Counted from the stretch's first letter, positions 29,988-37,988 are shown. The stretch: DNA of 38,267 nt from an uncultured Prevotellaceae bacterium (GCA_900313715.1 OMSH01000183.1:1-38267); one strand, 5' to 3'. The notes: generated by a model from the letters alone, not told the origin. Program-made: numbers and translations.

Positions 29988-31562
29988 TTATCTGTCAATA
30001 AATGTTTCGTAAGGAATATTGGTACCAATATAATAGTTCCATTCCTCCTGAGTGAAATTCCTGGTCAGCGACTCCTTGATTGTTGTGGCCATCAATGGCA
30101 CAGAGATAACTGTCTGAGTCAGGTTTCCCCTTTGATCGCCAGTCCACATAAACTCGCCTCCCATCATCATCATGGATGTAATCCAATTGCCGGAAGAAAA
30201 CACATTAACAGGTTCCACCTTCTCTTTCTGCCAGTCCCAAATCTTAGCCGTTCCGTCATAGCTCGTAGATAAAAGCAGTCTTGGATTCTGCGGATGATTT
30301 GACAATTGTGAAATCTTCGACCGATGTCCCACTAAACGGGTTATTTGCTCATTTTCGTCCACCATATAGATGGTTCCGTCGTTAGTACCATAGAAGACTG
30401 TATTCCAGTTTCTACCTCTGGAAACAGCTGTTACCCCTTTTATTGGTATTTTTTTATTCGTCAGTTTCGTAACGTTTTCATCAGTTATTTTCACTTCATC
30501 AGATTCATCAAACAAAACCAGCTGACCTTTATCAGATGAGCTGAGGAGGATGGGCTTATCCACCAGAATCTTTCTTTCTATTTCCAGATTTCCCAATGCT
30601 ATCACAAACAGACCGTTCTCTGCCACAATCACCACATCCATCTGATTCAAACTATAAATGCGCATAGGATGTATTGCTTCATCTATGTGCCGTATCACCG
30701 GCTCTGCCTTATTGGGATTGAACACCAGAAGGTCTCCCGTGCGACTGATGGCATAAATCATTCCATTTGAAAAATACCAAATATCGCGAATGTCATACTG
30801 ACTGTTCTGGAACAAATAGGTGGTCTCCAATTGTCCATTCTTCAATTCATGCTGGGCAATCGAACCATAGTCACTGATAGAAAGGAACTTGGTTCTTTCT
30901 TGGTTAGTGAAATAAAGCTTTTTCACGGCTCCACGGTGGGCAGACCATGTTCTGGTACTCTTACTGATGAGTGATAAAGCCTCATAGATAGACGGTTGAT
31001 AGACATCTCCCTTATAACGTTCTGTAAACAGATAAGATGTATAGGCCAGCAACAGAGCCAAGTCATGGTTGCCGGTATTCTCTTGTGTCACGGCCTCAGA
31101 ACCTAAGTTACGAGCCAACGCCACATAGCTCAACGTATCAGCCACCTTACGGGCATATTCAGCCTCTTCACGCTGCTGCTCAGCCAGGATTCTCTGACTT
31201 TCAGCTTGCTGTGATGCGACAACCGCACGCTGTTCCGATTCCAGCGCATTGCGCTCTGCCTCTAACGCATTGCGTCGTTCAATTTCCGAACGGTTTCTCA
31301 TCTCATTAGCAATGCGTGTTTGCACCACGGCCTCCTCGCGCTGTTTGTCAGATACTTCTTTCTGTTGGTAGGCAATTTCCTCCATTTGCGTACTGATACT
31401 ACGCAAAACAGCACTTCGTTTCTCTTTCTCGGTGAGGTCTTTCACTTGAACCTCCAAATCCCGATTTTTCTTTGAAACGTAGTAAGTCTGGCTGCCAAAA
31501 GAAAAACATAAGACACCCAGTACCGCCAAGGCTCCGTATTTTATGTATTTGTTTAAGTCCAA
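29988..31562 (-). CDS. Membrane-anchored coiled-coil + WD40 beta-propeller protein (TTG start)
   Basis: N-terminal hydrophobic segment, about 120 aa E/Q/R/A-rich coil, AHRGAVKKL, GHRSKISQL...STSYDGTAKIWDW, C-terminal RNFTQEEWNYYIG. Confidence 0.85.
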   Translation of the reverse strand: MDLNKYIKYGALAVLGVLCFSFGSQTYYVSKKNRDLEVQVKDLTEKEKRSAVLRSISTQMEEIAYQQKEVSDKQREEAVVQTRIANEMRNRSEIERRNALEAERNALESEQRAVVASQQAESQRILAEQQREEAEYARKVADTLSYVALARNLGSEAVTQENTGNHDLALLLAYTSYLFTERYKGDVYQPSIYEALSLISKSTRTWSAHRGAVKKLYFTNQERTKFLSISDYGSIAQHELKNGQLETTYLFQNSQYDIRDIWYFSNGMIYAISRTGDLLVFNPNKAEPVIRHIDEAIHPMRIYSLNQMDVVIVAENGLFVIALGNLEIERKILVDKPILLSSSDKGQLVLFDESDEVKITDENVTKLTNKKIPIKGVTAVSRGRNWNTVFYGTNDGTIYMVDENEQITRLVGHRSKISQLSNHPQNPRLLLSTSYDGTAKIWDWQKEKVEPVNVFSSGNWITSMMMMGGEFMWTGDQRGNLTQTVISVPLMATTIKESLTRNFTQEEWNYYIGTNIPYETFIDR

Positions 31563-31564
31563 TA

Positions 31565-32731
31565 TTATAATCTCTTAATAGCTAACATAGTAATATCATC
31601 GCTTTGTTCGGCTTCGCCCACAAATTCTCTCACCCTGCTCAGCACTTTCTCGATGGATTCTTTGCAGTTAAGACCTACACATTCATTCAGTGCCAGTTCC
31701 AGTCGTTCGTCAGTAAACTCCTGGTTATCCACATTGCAAGCTTCATCCACTCCGTCGGTGTACATCACCAGCATGTCACCCTCCTCCAGTTTCTCACTTT
31801 CGTCGTTGAAATCCATGAATTCAAACACACCCAGCATAGTACTTTCACTGTTAGGCAACCGTTCCAGTTTACCGTTCTTTCTCAAAATATAAGGAGGATT
31901 ATGACCGGCATTGCAGAAGTTAATATCTCCTGTCTTTACATTATAGATGGCATAAAACAGTGTGACAAACATGTTGTCAACCGACTCCTTGCAAAGCATC
32001 TTGTTGGTAATGGTCAGGCATTGTGCAGCCGTATAATCTTGCTGGAAGCCACAAATATGCACCATCGTACGGCTCACAGCCATGAAGATGGCAGCAGGAA
32101 TACCCTTACCGCTCACGTCAGCCATCACCAGACCTATCCTTTCATCATCTATCTTGAAATAGTCATAGAAGTCACCACCAATATCTTTGGCAGGTTTCAT
32201 GGATTGCCACAGGTCGAACTTGCCTACACCCTCATCGTAATCCGGCATTTTCTTAGGCAAGATGGCTTGCTGAATCTCAGCCGCTACCGACAAATCGCTC
32301 TTAATCATCACCAGCTGTGAATGTTCTTTTTGCGACTGTTTCACATAATTAATCTGATCAATGGCCTTCTCAATGGTGATGCTCAAGTCATCCAGGTCAA
32401 TAGGCTTTGTAGCAAAGTCGAATGCACCGTTGTTCATGGCCGTACGGATATTTCCCATATCGCCGTATGCAGACACCATGATGCATTTCAGGGCAGGATT
32501 TCTCAACTCGTTAATCTTGGTCAGCAACGTCAATCCATCCATTTCAGGCATATTGATATCACTCAGTATAATGCTAATGTCGGGTTGTTCCAGCAACACC
32601 TTCAGTGCTTCAATGCCATTGTGTGCAAAAAAGAACTCATACTCGCCCTTACGGATCTTTCTTCTAAAATATTGCGTCAACAGCATCTCGAGATCCAACT
32701 CGTCGTCAACACTTAAAATCTTTACTGCCAT
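31565..32731 (-). CDS. Receiver domain + PP2C (SpoIIE/RsbU-type) Ser/Thr phosphatase
   Basis: REC: VDDE, SDINMP, VSAYG, TKP. PP2C: GGDFYD, ADVSGKG, NAGHNPP, YTDGVDEA, SDDIT. Confidence 0.95.
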   Translation of the reverse strand: MAVKILSVDDELDLEMLLTQYFRRKIRKGEYEFFFAHNGIEALKVLLEQPDISIILSDINMPEMDGLTLLTKINELRNPALKCIMVSAYGDMGNIRTAMNNGAFDFATKPIDLDDLSITIEKAIDQINYVKQSQKEHSQLVMIKSDLSVAAEIQQAILPKKMPDYDEGVGKFDLWQSMKPAKDIGGDFYDYFKIDDERIGLVMADVSGKGIPAAIFMAVSRTMVHICGFQQDYTAAQCLTITNKMLCKESVDNMFVTLFYAIYNVKTGDINFCNAGHNPPYILRKNGKLERLPNSESTMLGVFEFMDFNDESEKLEEGDMLVMYTDGVDEACNVDNQEFTDERLELALNECVGLNCKESIEKVLSRVREFVGEAEQSDDITMLAIKRL

Positions 32732-32756
32732 AATCTACATTTTTTAATTTATTAGG

Positions 32757-32784
32757 CAAATATAAGCATTTTTTGTTAACTTTG
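32757..32784. promoter_or_regulatory. Back-to-back divergent -7 promoter elements
   Basis: Minus TATATTTG at 32757-32764 and plus TAACTTTG at 32777-32784; neither has a consensus -33 element. Confidence 0.55.
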
Positions 32785-32810
32785 CGGCGAAATATTAAAA
32801 AAAAGTTAGA

Positions 32811-34439
32811 ATGAATAATCTTAAGACCATATTTGAGAGCCGTTATACCTGGATTGAGGGGTTTATGCGTAATGTTAGACGTTATGGCGGCAAATTGGCG
32901 ATGATCAATCCTGACGATGGACGCCAATGGACTTACACCGAAATGAACGAGGAATGTAACAGGCTTTCCAATGCATTGATTGCCGATGGTTTGCAGAAAG
33001 CCGATGTTATTATGCTGCAGCTCATTAACTGTCCGGAATTTGCTTTTGGCTACCTGGCTGCACACAAGAGCCACGCAGTTTGCTGTCCCGTTAATTTCAG
33101 ATTGAAACCAGGTGAGCTCGCGTTCAACATTGACGATTCCAAACCTATGGCCATCATCTTTAACGAGGTGAACAAAGCCGATATATTAGAAGCACTTAAA
33201 ATTACCAAGCACCAGCCCAAGAAGTTGATTGTGGTAGGTGGTGCTTCTGACGGCAAGGTTACGTCATATGCTGATTACGTACGAGATGCTTCTGTGAAAG
33301 AGCCTGTATTCGACTACGATTACAATATCTACGACGAGACTACCCGTCTTTACACATCTGGCACCACAGGTTTCCCCAAGGCAGTGCCACTGACCAGCAT
33401 CAACGAGGTGTTATCAGCACACGATGTGATGATTCACTTCCCTATGAATTACAAGGATGTGACCATGAACACCACCCCTTGGTTCCATCGCGGAGGCTTG
33501 CACTGTGCAGGTCCCTGCCCTGCTTTCTATGCCGGAGCCACCATTGTAATCATGGGCAAGTTCAATGCCGAGCTTACACTGAAATATGTTGACCACTACA
33601 AGATTACGTTTATTGTGGGCGTGCCTACCGTATTGGAGGAACTGGCCGACAATCAGGAACGTAAAGGATATAATATCAGTACGTTGAAGGGTATCGTTAC
33701 CATGGGTAGCCCGCTGGAGCGTTCTGCTTGTATCCGCTACCAGCACGTACTGACGCCTAACATATTTAACGGCTATGGTACCACCGAGACGTTCTGGAAC
33801 ACTTTCCTGCGTCCGTTCGACCTGCCCGAGAATGCAGGTACAGCTGGCGCTTCGTGTGTGGATGACGATGTGCGTGTGGTAAAAATATATGAGGATCACC
33901 GTGCTACTCCTGACGATTTGGCAGCAATGGACGGCATTGAGGTAGGTGAAGTCATCATCTGTTCACCCGCCAAATCACCTTATTCTTATGCCAACAATGT
34001 GGGTGAAACCGACCGTAAATATGCTAATGGCTTTATTTACACCAACGATTTAGCTACTTGGGATAAGAATCAGTTTATCACCATTGTAGGTCGCAAGGAT
34101 GATATGATTATTTCTTCTGGTGAGAACATCTATCCTACCGAGGTGGAGGCAGTGTTGAACATGCACCCCAAGGTAAAAGATTGCATCGTTACTTCCGTAC
34201 CCGACAAGATGCGTGGCCAGATTGTGACCGCCTATGTCGTGCGTGACGATATGAGTCTGACACCCGAAGAGCTGGACAGTTATTGCAAGGAAAGTCCTAA
34301 TATCTCCAACTTCAAGCGTCCCCGCTTCTATCGTTTTGTGGCGCAGATACCATTCAATGCCACTGGCAAGAAGCTGCACGTCAAGATAAAGGAAACTGCC
34401 CTTGAGGACCTCAAGAACGGTTTGCTCTACCGAGTTTGA
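32811..34439 (+). CDS. Acyl-CoA synthetase / class I adenylate-forming enzyme
   Basis: LYTSGTTGFPKAV, NGYGTTET, YTNDLA, GRKDDMIISSGENIYPTEVE, NATGKK. Confidence 0.93.
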   Translation: MNNLKTIFESRYTWIEGFMRNVRRYGGKLAMINPDDGRQWTYTEMNEECNRLSNALIADGLQKADVIMLQLINCPEFAFGYLAAHKSHAVCCPVNFRLKPGELAFNIDDSKPMAIIFNEVNKADILEALKITKHQPKKLIVVGGASDGKVTSYADYVRDASVKEPVFDYDYNIYDETTRLYTSGTTGFPKAVPLTSINEVLSAHDVMIHFPMNYKDVTMNTTPWFHRGGLHCAGPCPAFYAGATIVIMGKFNAELTLKYVDHYKITFIVGVPTVLEELADNQERKGYNISTLKGIVTMGSPLERSACIRYQHVLTPNIFNGYGTTETFWNTFLRPFDLPENAGTAGASCVDDDVRVVKIYEDHRATPDDLAAMDGIEVGEVIICSPAKSPYSYANNVGETDRKYANGFIYTNDLATWDKNQFITIVGRKDDMIISSGENIYPTEVEAVLNMHPKVKDCIVTSVPDKMRGQIVTAYVVRDDMSLTPEELDSYCKESPNISNFKRPRFYRFVAQIPFNATGKKLHVKIKETALEDLKNGLLYRV

Positions 34440-34474
34440 TTCGGTTGTTTTCAGCACATAATCGTTTCACTGCA

Positions 34475-34789
34475 TTAGCTCTTGATTCTCTTTCTGAATA
34501 CAGGAACTTCCTCAACGGGCAAGGCTGCCAGGCATTCCTCGACACTCTTGCCTCCAAGTGGATCTATCCCCTGCTCTATCTGCTGGCACAGCTCCATGCG
34601 AATTTGGGATACCATGCATCCGTCGCCTTGTATCTTGTTGAGCCTGTACGAACCGTCAGCCTGCTCTTCAAAGCTCTCCCCTGCGTAGCAAGGTATATTA
34701 CAGTAGCGGCAATAGTCGTGCTGTCCACATTCAGGGAACATCTGTTGCTGGTCGGCTTGGCGTAACTGCAAGCGTTTTGGATTCCGCAT
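34475..34789 (-). pseudogene. Orphan C-terminal SPASM-like portion of a radical SAM peptide maturase (remnant, or a small stand-alone Fe-S protein)
   Basis: ECGQHDYCRYCNIPC...GCMVSQIR...GIDPLGGKS resembles, from recall, C-termini of Bacteroidales rSAM/SPASM proteins; no rSAM core is encoded upstream. Confidence 0.55.
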
Positions 34790-35016
34790 AGTTTTGTGTT
34801 AAAATAGTTAAAAGCAAAGTGTTTATATGATGACTTTTACCATGACTGCCTTGCTCCCTTTTCCACTCGTTTTGTTTTTTTAGACAAATAGTTTGGAAGA
34901 TTATGAAAATAGGGTGAAGACCACACCTTCATGGGTGTCATTGATTAATCTCAATAAAACAATAAGCCCGATAAGGAAATGATGTGACCCCGAAAAGTTG
35001 GACGATAAATTAAACG

Positions 35017-35922
35017 TTAATTTTTTATTTCTCTATAGTAGTGAGCTCGGTATTGTACTGGGCTCATTCCTTTTAACCTCAGTTTTATTCTTTTATTGTT
35101 ATACCAATCAATATATCTTTTTAGTGCTCTCTGAAAATCCTCTATACTTTCAAACTTGTCAGCATATAAGAGTTCGTTCTTCATTAAGCCAAAAAAGTTC
35201 TCCATCATAGCATTATCCAGGCAGTTGCCTTTGCGTGACATGCTCTGAGTGATGTCATGGCCTTTAAGCATCCTCTGGTATATTCTATGTTGATAATGCC
35301 AGCCTTGATCCGAGTGCAGAGTGAGACCATCCAGTTGCGGATACTTCTTCAAAGCCTTCTTGAGCATAGATGTGACCATCTTCAAATTTGGACTGGTAGA
35401 AATGGTGTAAGATATGATACCTCCATCAAACATATCTAATATGGGTGACAAGTACAGCTTTCTGTCGTTTATGCATACTTGTGTAACATCAGTAGCCCAT
35501 TTCTGATTGGGTCTGTTTGCGCAGAAATCACGTTCCAGCACATTGGGAGCAATCCTGCCTATCTCCCCTTTATAGGAGTGATAGTGCCGTTTCTTGGTCT
35601 TTGCCTTAAGTCCAATCTGGTTCATCAGCTTCTGCACTGTTTTGTGATTAATAATTATATCTTCATTGCGCAATTCCATACAGATTCTCCTGTACCCATA
35701 GCGCCCATGATTATTGTCATAAATTTGCTTTATACGTTCCCTGATTCCATCATATCCATCGCTGTCGTCCATATGCGACATATGGTAATAGAATACAGAA
35801 CGAGCCATCTTTATTCTATGCAGCATAAACTGCAGAGGGTGTCCTTCACGCCTTAGTTCTTCGATGGCTCGTGCCCAATCTCTCGTAGTCGGGCATTCCT
35901 TTCCTCGACTAAGGCTCTCACT
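35017..35922 (-). CDS. IS3 transposase OrfB (DDE), reached by -1 frameshift
   Basis: YGYRRI, WATDVT, HSDQGWHY, DNAMMENFFG; the -1 frame is open back to the A7G slippery site at 35921-35928. Confidence 0.92.
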   Translation of the reverse strand, partial: SESLSRGKECPTTRDWARAIEELRREGHPLQFMLHRIKMARSVFYYHMSHMDDSDGYDGIRERIKQIYDNNHGRYGYRRICMELRNEDIIINHKTVQKLMNQIGLKAKTKKRHYHSYKGEIGRIAPNVLERDFCANRPNQKWATDVTQVCINDRKLYLSPILDMFDGGIISYTISTSPNLKMVTSMLKKALKKYPQLDGLTLHSDQGWHYQHRIYQRMLKGHDITQSMSRKGNCLDNAMMENFFGLMKNELLYADKFESIEDFQRALKRYIDWYNNKRIKLRLKGMSPVQYRAHYYREIKN

Positions 35923-36389
35923 TTTTTTAGCAGAGCATTCTCTGTCTTGAGCTCTTGCACTTCCTTGCGAAGCCTTTCAAGCTCTGTGAGTGGCTTACTA
36001 TTTTTCATTGGCCTTCCCATACATGGTGGTCTGCCTCGTTTTTTTGTGCTATTCAAAGCTGCCAAGCCCCCTGTCCTGTACTGCCGTAGCCATGTTGATA
36101 TACATTGAGGGCTGGCCTCATATTTGAGCGAAGCTGCGCACAAAGATAGATTGTTTTCTTCAATATCAATAATGATTTTCTTTTTTAATGAAAAATCTGT
36201 CTTGATTCTTTGGTTCTGCTTCAGCCCTGCTGTCCCATACATTAGGTATTTTGCCCTTAATACTTTAAGCCGATGGTGATTGATTCCATACTTATTACAG
36301 ATTGAATCAATGGATTTACCCTCTTCCAGCAGACGCATGTATTTTAGTAAATCTGCATACCCATGTATCTTGTATTTTCTTGTTGACAT
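35853..36389 (-). CDS. IS3 transposase OrfA (HTH + coiled coil)
   Basis: Two HTH-like segments, RGRP, ELERLRKEVQELKTENALLKK. Confidence 0.9.
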   Translation of the reverse strand: MSTRKYKIHGYADLLKYMRLLEEGKSIDSICNKYGINHHRLKVLRAKYLMYGTAGLKQNQRIKTDFSLKKKIIIDIEENNLSLCAASLKYEASPQCISTWLRQYRTGGLAALNSTKKRGRPPCMGRPMKNSKPLTELERLRKEVQELKTENALLKKVRALVEERNARLREIGHEPSKN

Positions 36390-36450
36390 AATAAACCCCG
36401 AAAGTTTTTGTCTAACTTTCGGGGTTCACTTCAGAAACTTACCGGGCTTA

Positions 36451-36675
36451 TTATTTGTATTCAATCTGCAACGACAGACCACAATCCGTCATGTCGCAGG
36501 TTATTTTAGCGTTACAGATAAGGTCAATCTATCGATTATCCTTAATACAGAATTTCAGAGTACCACCAGTAACTTGATCAAGTTCATCATCATCAAGTTC
36601 CAGCTTTTTCACCCCTTTCTCATCAAACATCTCGTAGGTAATAGCAACCTTCTTAAATTCGTCTTTCTTTTCCAT
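36451..36675 (-). pseudogene. Double-glycine-leader peptide precursor 2 with an in-frame TAG at 36529-36531 (48 aa to TAG, 74 codons if read through); not in the ORF track
   Basis: MEKKDEFKKVAITYEMFDEKGVKKLELDDDELDQVTGG-TLKFCIKDNR*IDLICNAKITCDMTDCGLSLQIEYK*; the final TAA abuts the terminator arm. Confidence 0.75.
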
Positions 36676-36737
36676 AATATTTTGTATCAATGCAATTACG
36701 CCATGTTATTAAAGTATTAGGTCAGCAACAGCTGTCA

Positions 36738-36932
36738 TTAATCCATCATGATGCAAGCATTTAAAAGACCATCAGTTTTGCAGTTAGAGTTGAGACCCTT
36801 TTTGGGGCAGAATTTAATATCACCGCCAGTAACCTGACCAAGATCCTTCTCATTCAGTTCATTCATCACCACTTTCTCATTTGACATTTCGTTTGTGATA
36901 GCGCTTTTCTTGGTTTCGTCATTTCTTTCCAT
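36738..36932 (-). CDS. Double-glycine-leader peptide precursor 1 (bacteriocin/RiPP-like)
   Basis: MERNDETKKSAITNEMSNEKVVMNELNEKDLGQVTGG-DIKFCPKKGLNSNCKTDGLLNACIMMD; ELxxxxLxxVxGG leader; start 36932 chosen by alignment to its paralog. Confidence 0.82.
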   Translation of the reverse strand: MERNDETKKSAITNEMSNEKVVMNELNEKDLGQVTGGDIKFCPKKGLNSNCKTDGLLNACIMMD

Positions 36933-37056
36933 AATACTCATTTTTTAATAATTACATCTTCTTTCTTTTATCTCTTGTGTATCTTACGCTATATAAATCA
37001 TCATTCTTTTCCGGAATCAATCTGTTTTTAGCTTAGCATTAGCATATTGTATGTTG

Positions 37057-37088
37057 CAAACATATATCATTTTAATAGCATCTCCAAA
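37057..37088 (-). promoter_or_regulatory. Consensus promoter upstream of the precursor peptide genes
   Basis: Minus strand TTTG-N20-TATGTTTG. Confidence 0.7.
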
Positions 37089-37157
37089 TAATTACTGCAA
37101 AAAAATGATAAAAGTATGTATATATTTGCAAAAAGCTCCCTGTCAGTAACGTGCTGA

Positions 37158-37820
37158 AGACTCTTTGGTGCCGACGGCCAATTGTTAGAAGAGAGCTACA
37201 CCCCATTCCGCCTGATGAGTCTCGCCTTCCTGCCCAATGCCATATCAGAGACACTGACAGTGATTTATTTCGTGCAGGGTCATCAGAAGCTCTGCCGTTG
37301 GATAGAAGTTGTTACCAACGTGGGAACCATCATCGTCATTGTCATCTTGTCCCTTTATACCCCCAAGTTGCTCTGGTATATCCTGCCCATCACTGCTTGG
37401 CTCCTGCTGCTGATGATGATGGTATTAGCTTTTGTGGTGCATCGCAAGAACCCCATTTATTCCTGGCCTACGCTGGAGAATACCGTGCCGTCTAACCCTG
37501 CCATCACATTCTCTGTACCTTATACTACCAACGGTGTAGAGGAGTTCCTCACGCAGGTGCGACCCTTTATTGAGGCATGTGAGCTGCCTGACGGCATGGC
37601 GGTGGACATGGCGCTGGAGGAACTGCTCTACGAGGTGGTAGAGACGCATGACGAGCCCACCTCCGACAAGGATAAGTCCTTCGATGTGCGTATCATCGAC
37701 AAGGAAAAGGAATTCACGGTGGTGGTCAAGAGCAAGGGACCTCTGCGTAATCCTATTTATAAATATTCCGATGAGGAATTGATGAATATCGACAAGAACC
37801 ATATGAATCATGAATCATGA
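37158..37820 (+). pseudogene. Fragment of a MATE-like transporter C-terminus fused to an anti-sigma-type HATPase_c domain, truncated at both ends
   Basis: Frame opens after TGA 37155 with RLFGADGQLL...FRLMSLAF and about 3 TM helices; then MALEELLYEVVE...FDVRII...VVVKSKGPLRNP; ends inside a tandem repeat. Confidence 0.6.
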
Positions 37821-37842
37821 ATCATGAATCACAGAATCACAG
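37803..37842 (+). repeat. Heptamer tandem repeat (ATGAATC)x4 followed by degenerate ACAGAATC-ACAG
   Basis: Read directly from the sequence. Confidence 0.9.
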
Positions 37843-37906
37843 GGACGGTTCTACTGACCCACTAAATGATGAAAACAGATCAATGACCTGCCACCTTGAT
37901 TTCTGA

Positions 37907-37946
37907 TGCCCCTCTGTGCTCCCTTTTTAGGGGAGCTGCAGGGGCA
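37907..37946. repeat. GC-rich imperfect palindrome (terminator or REP-like)
   Basis: TGCCCCT-CTGT-GCTCCC-TTTTTAG-GGGAGC-TGC-AGGGGCA. Confidence 0.5.
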
Positions 37947-37988
37947 GGACTTGTACGGACAGGGCAGAATAAAAAACTTGATCTATTG

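Larger units (their letters stand above)
34980..36433 (-). mobile_element. IS3-family (IS150-like) insertion sequence, 1454 bp
   Basis: TG...CA ends; imperfect 24-bp IRs TGATGTGACCCCGAAAAGTTGGAC and TGAAGTGAACCCCGAAAGTTAGAC (19/24 identical); 4-bp target duplication GAAA (34976-34979, 36434-36437); orfA/orfB layout. Confidence 0.95.
34961..36452 (-). terminator. Terminator of the peptide genes, split by the IS insertion
   Basis: Arms AATAAGCCCGATAAG (34961-34975) and CTTACCGGGCTTATT (36438-36452) rejoin around GAAA when the IS is removed. Confidence 0.8.

Noticed and set aside
34835-34941. 34-codon minus-strand ORF (MTPMKVWSSPY...) between the terminator and the SPASM-like fragment; coordinates approximate
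   Set aside because: Too short, with no GG leader, Cys or other motif.
36529-36531. Pyrrolysine or genome-wide TAG recoding as the explanation for the amber codon
   Set aside because: No pyl genes are in the window and TAG serves as a normal stop elsewhere (e.g. 10426, 17247, 22829).
37803-37842. CRISPR array
   Set aside because: 7-bp contiguous units without spacers and no cas genes.
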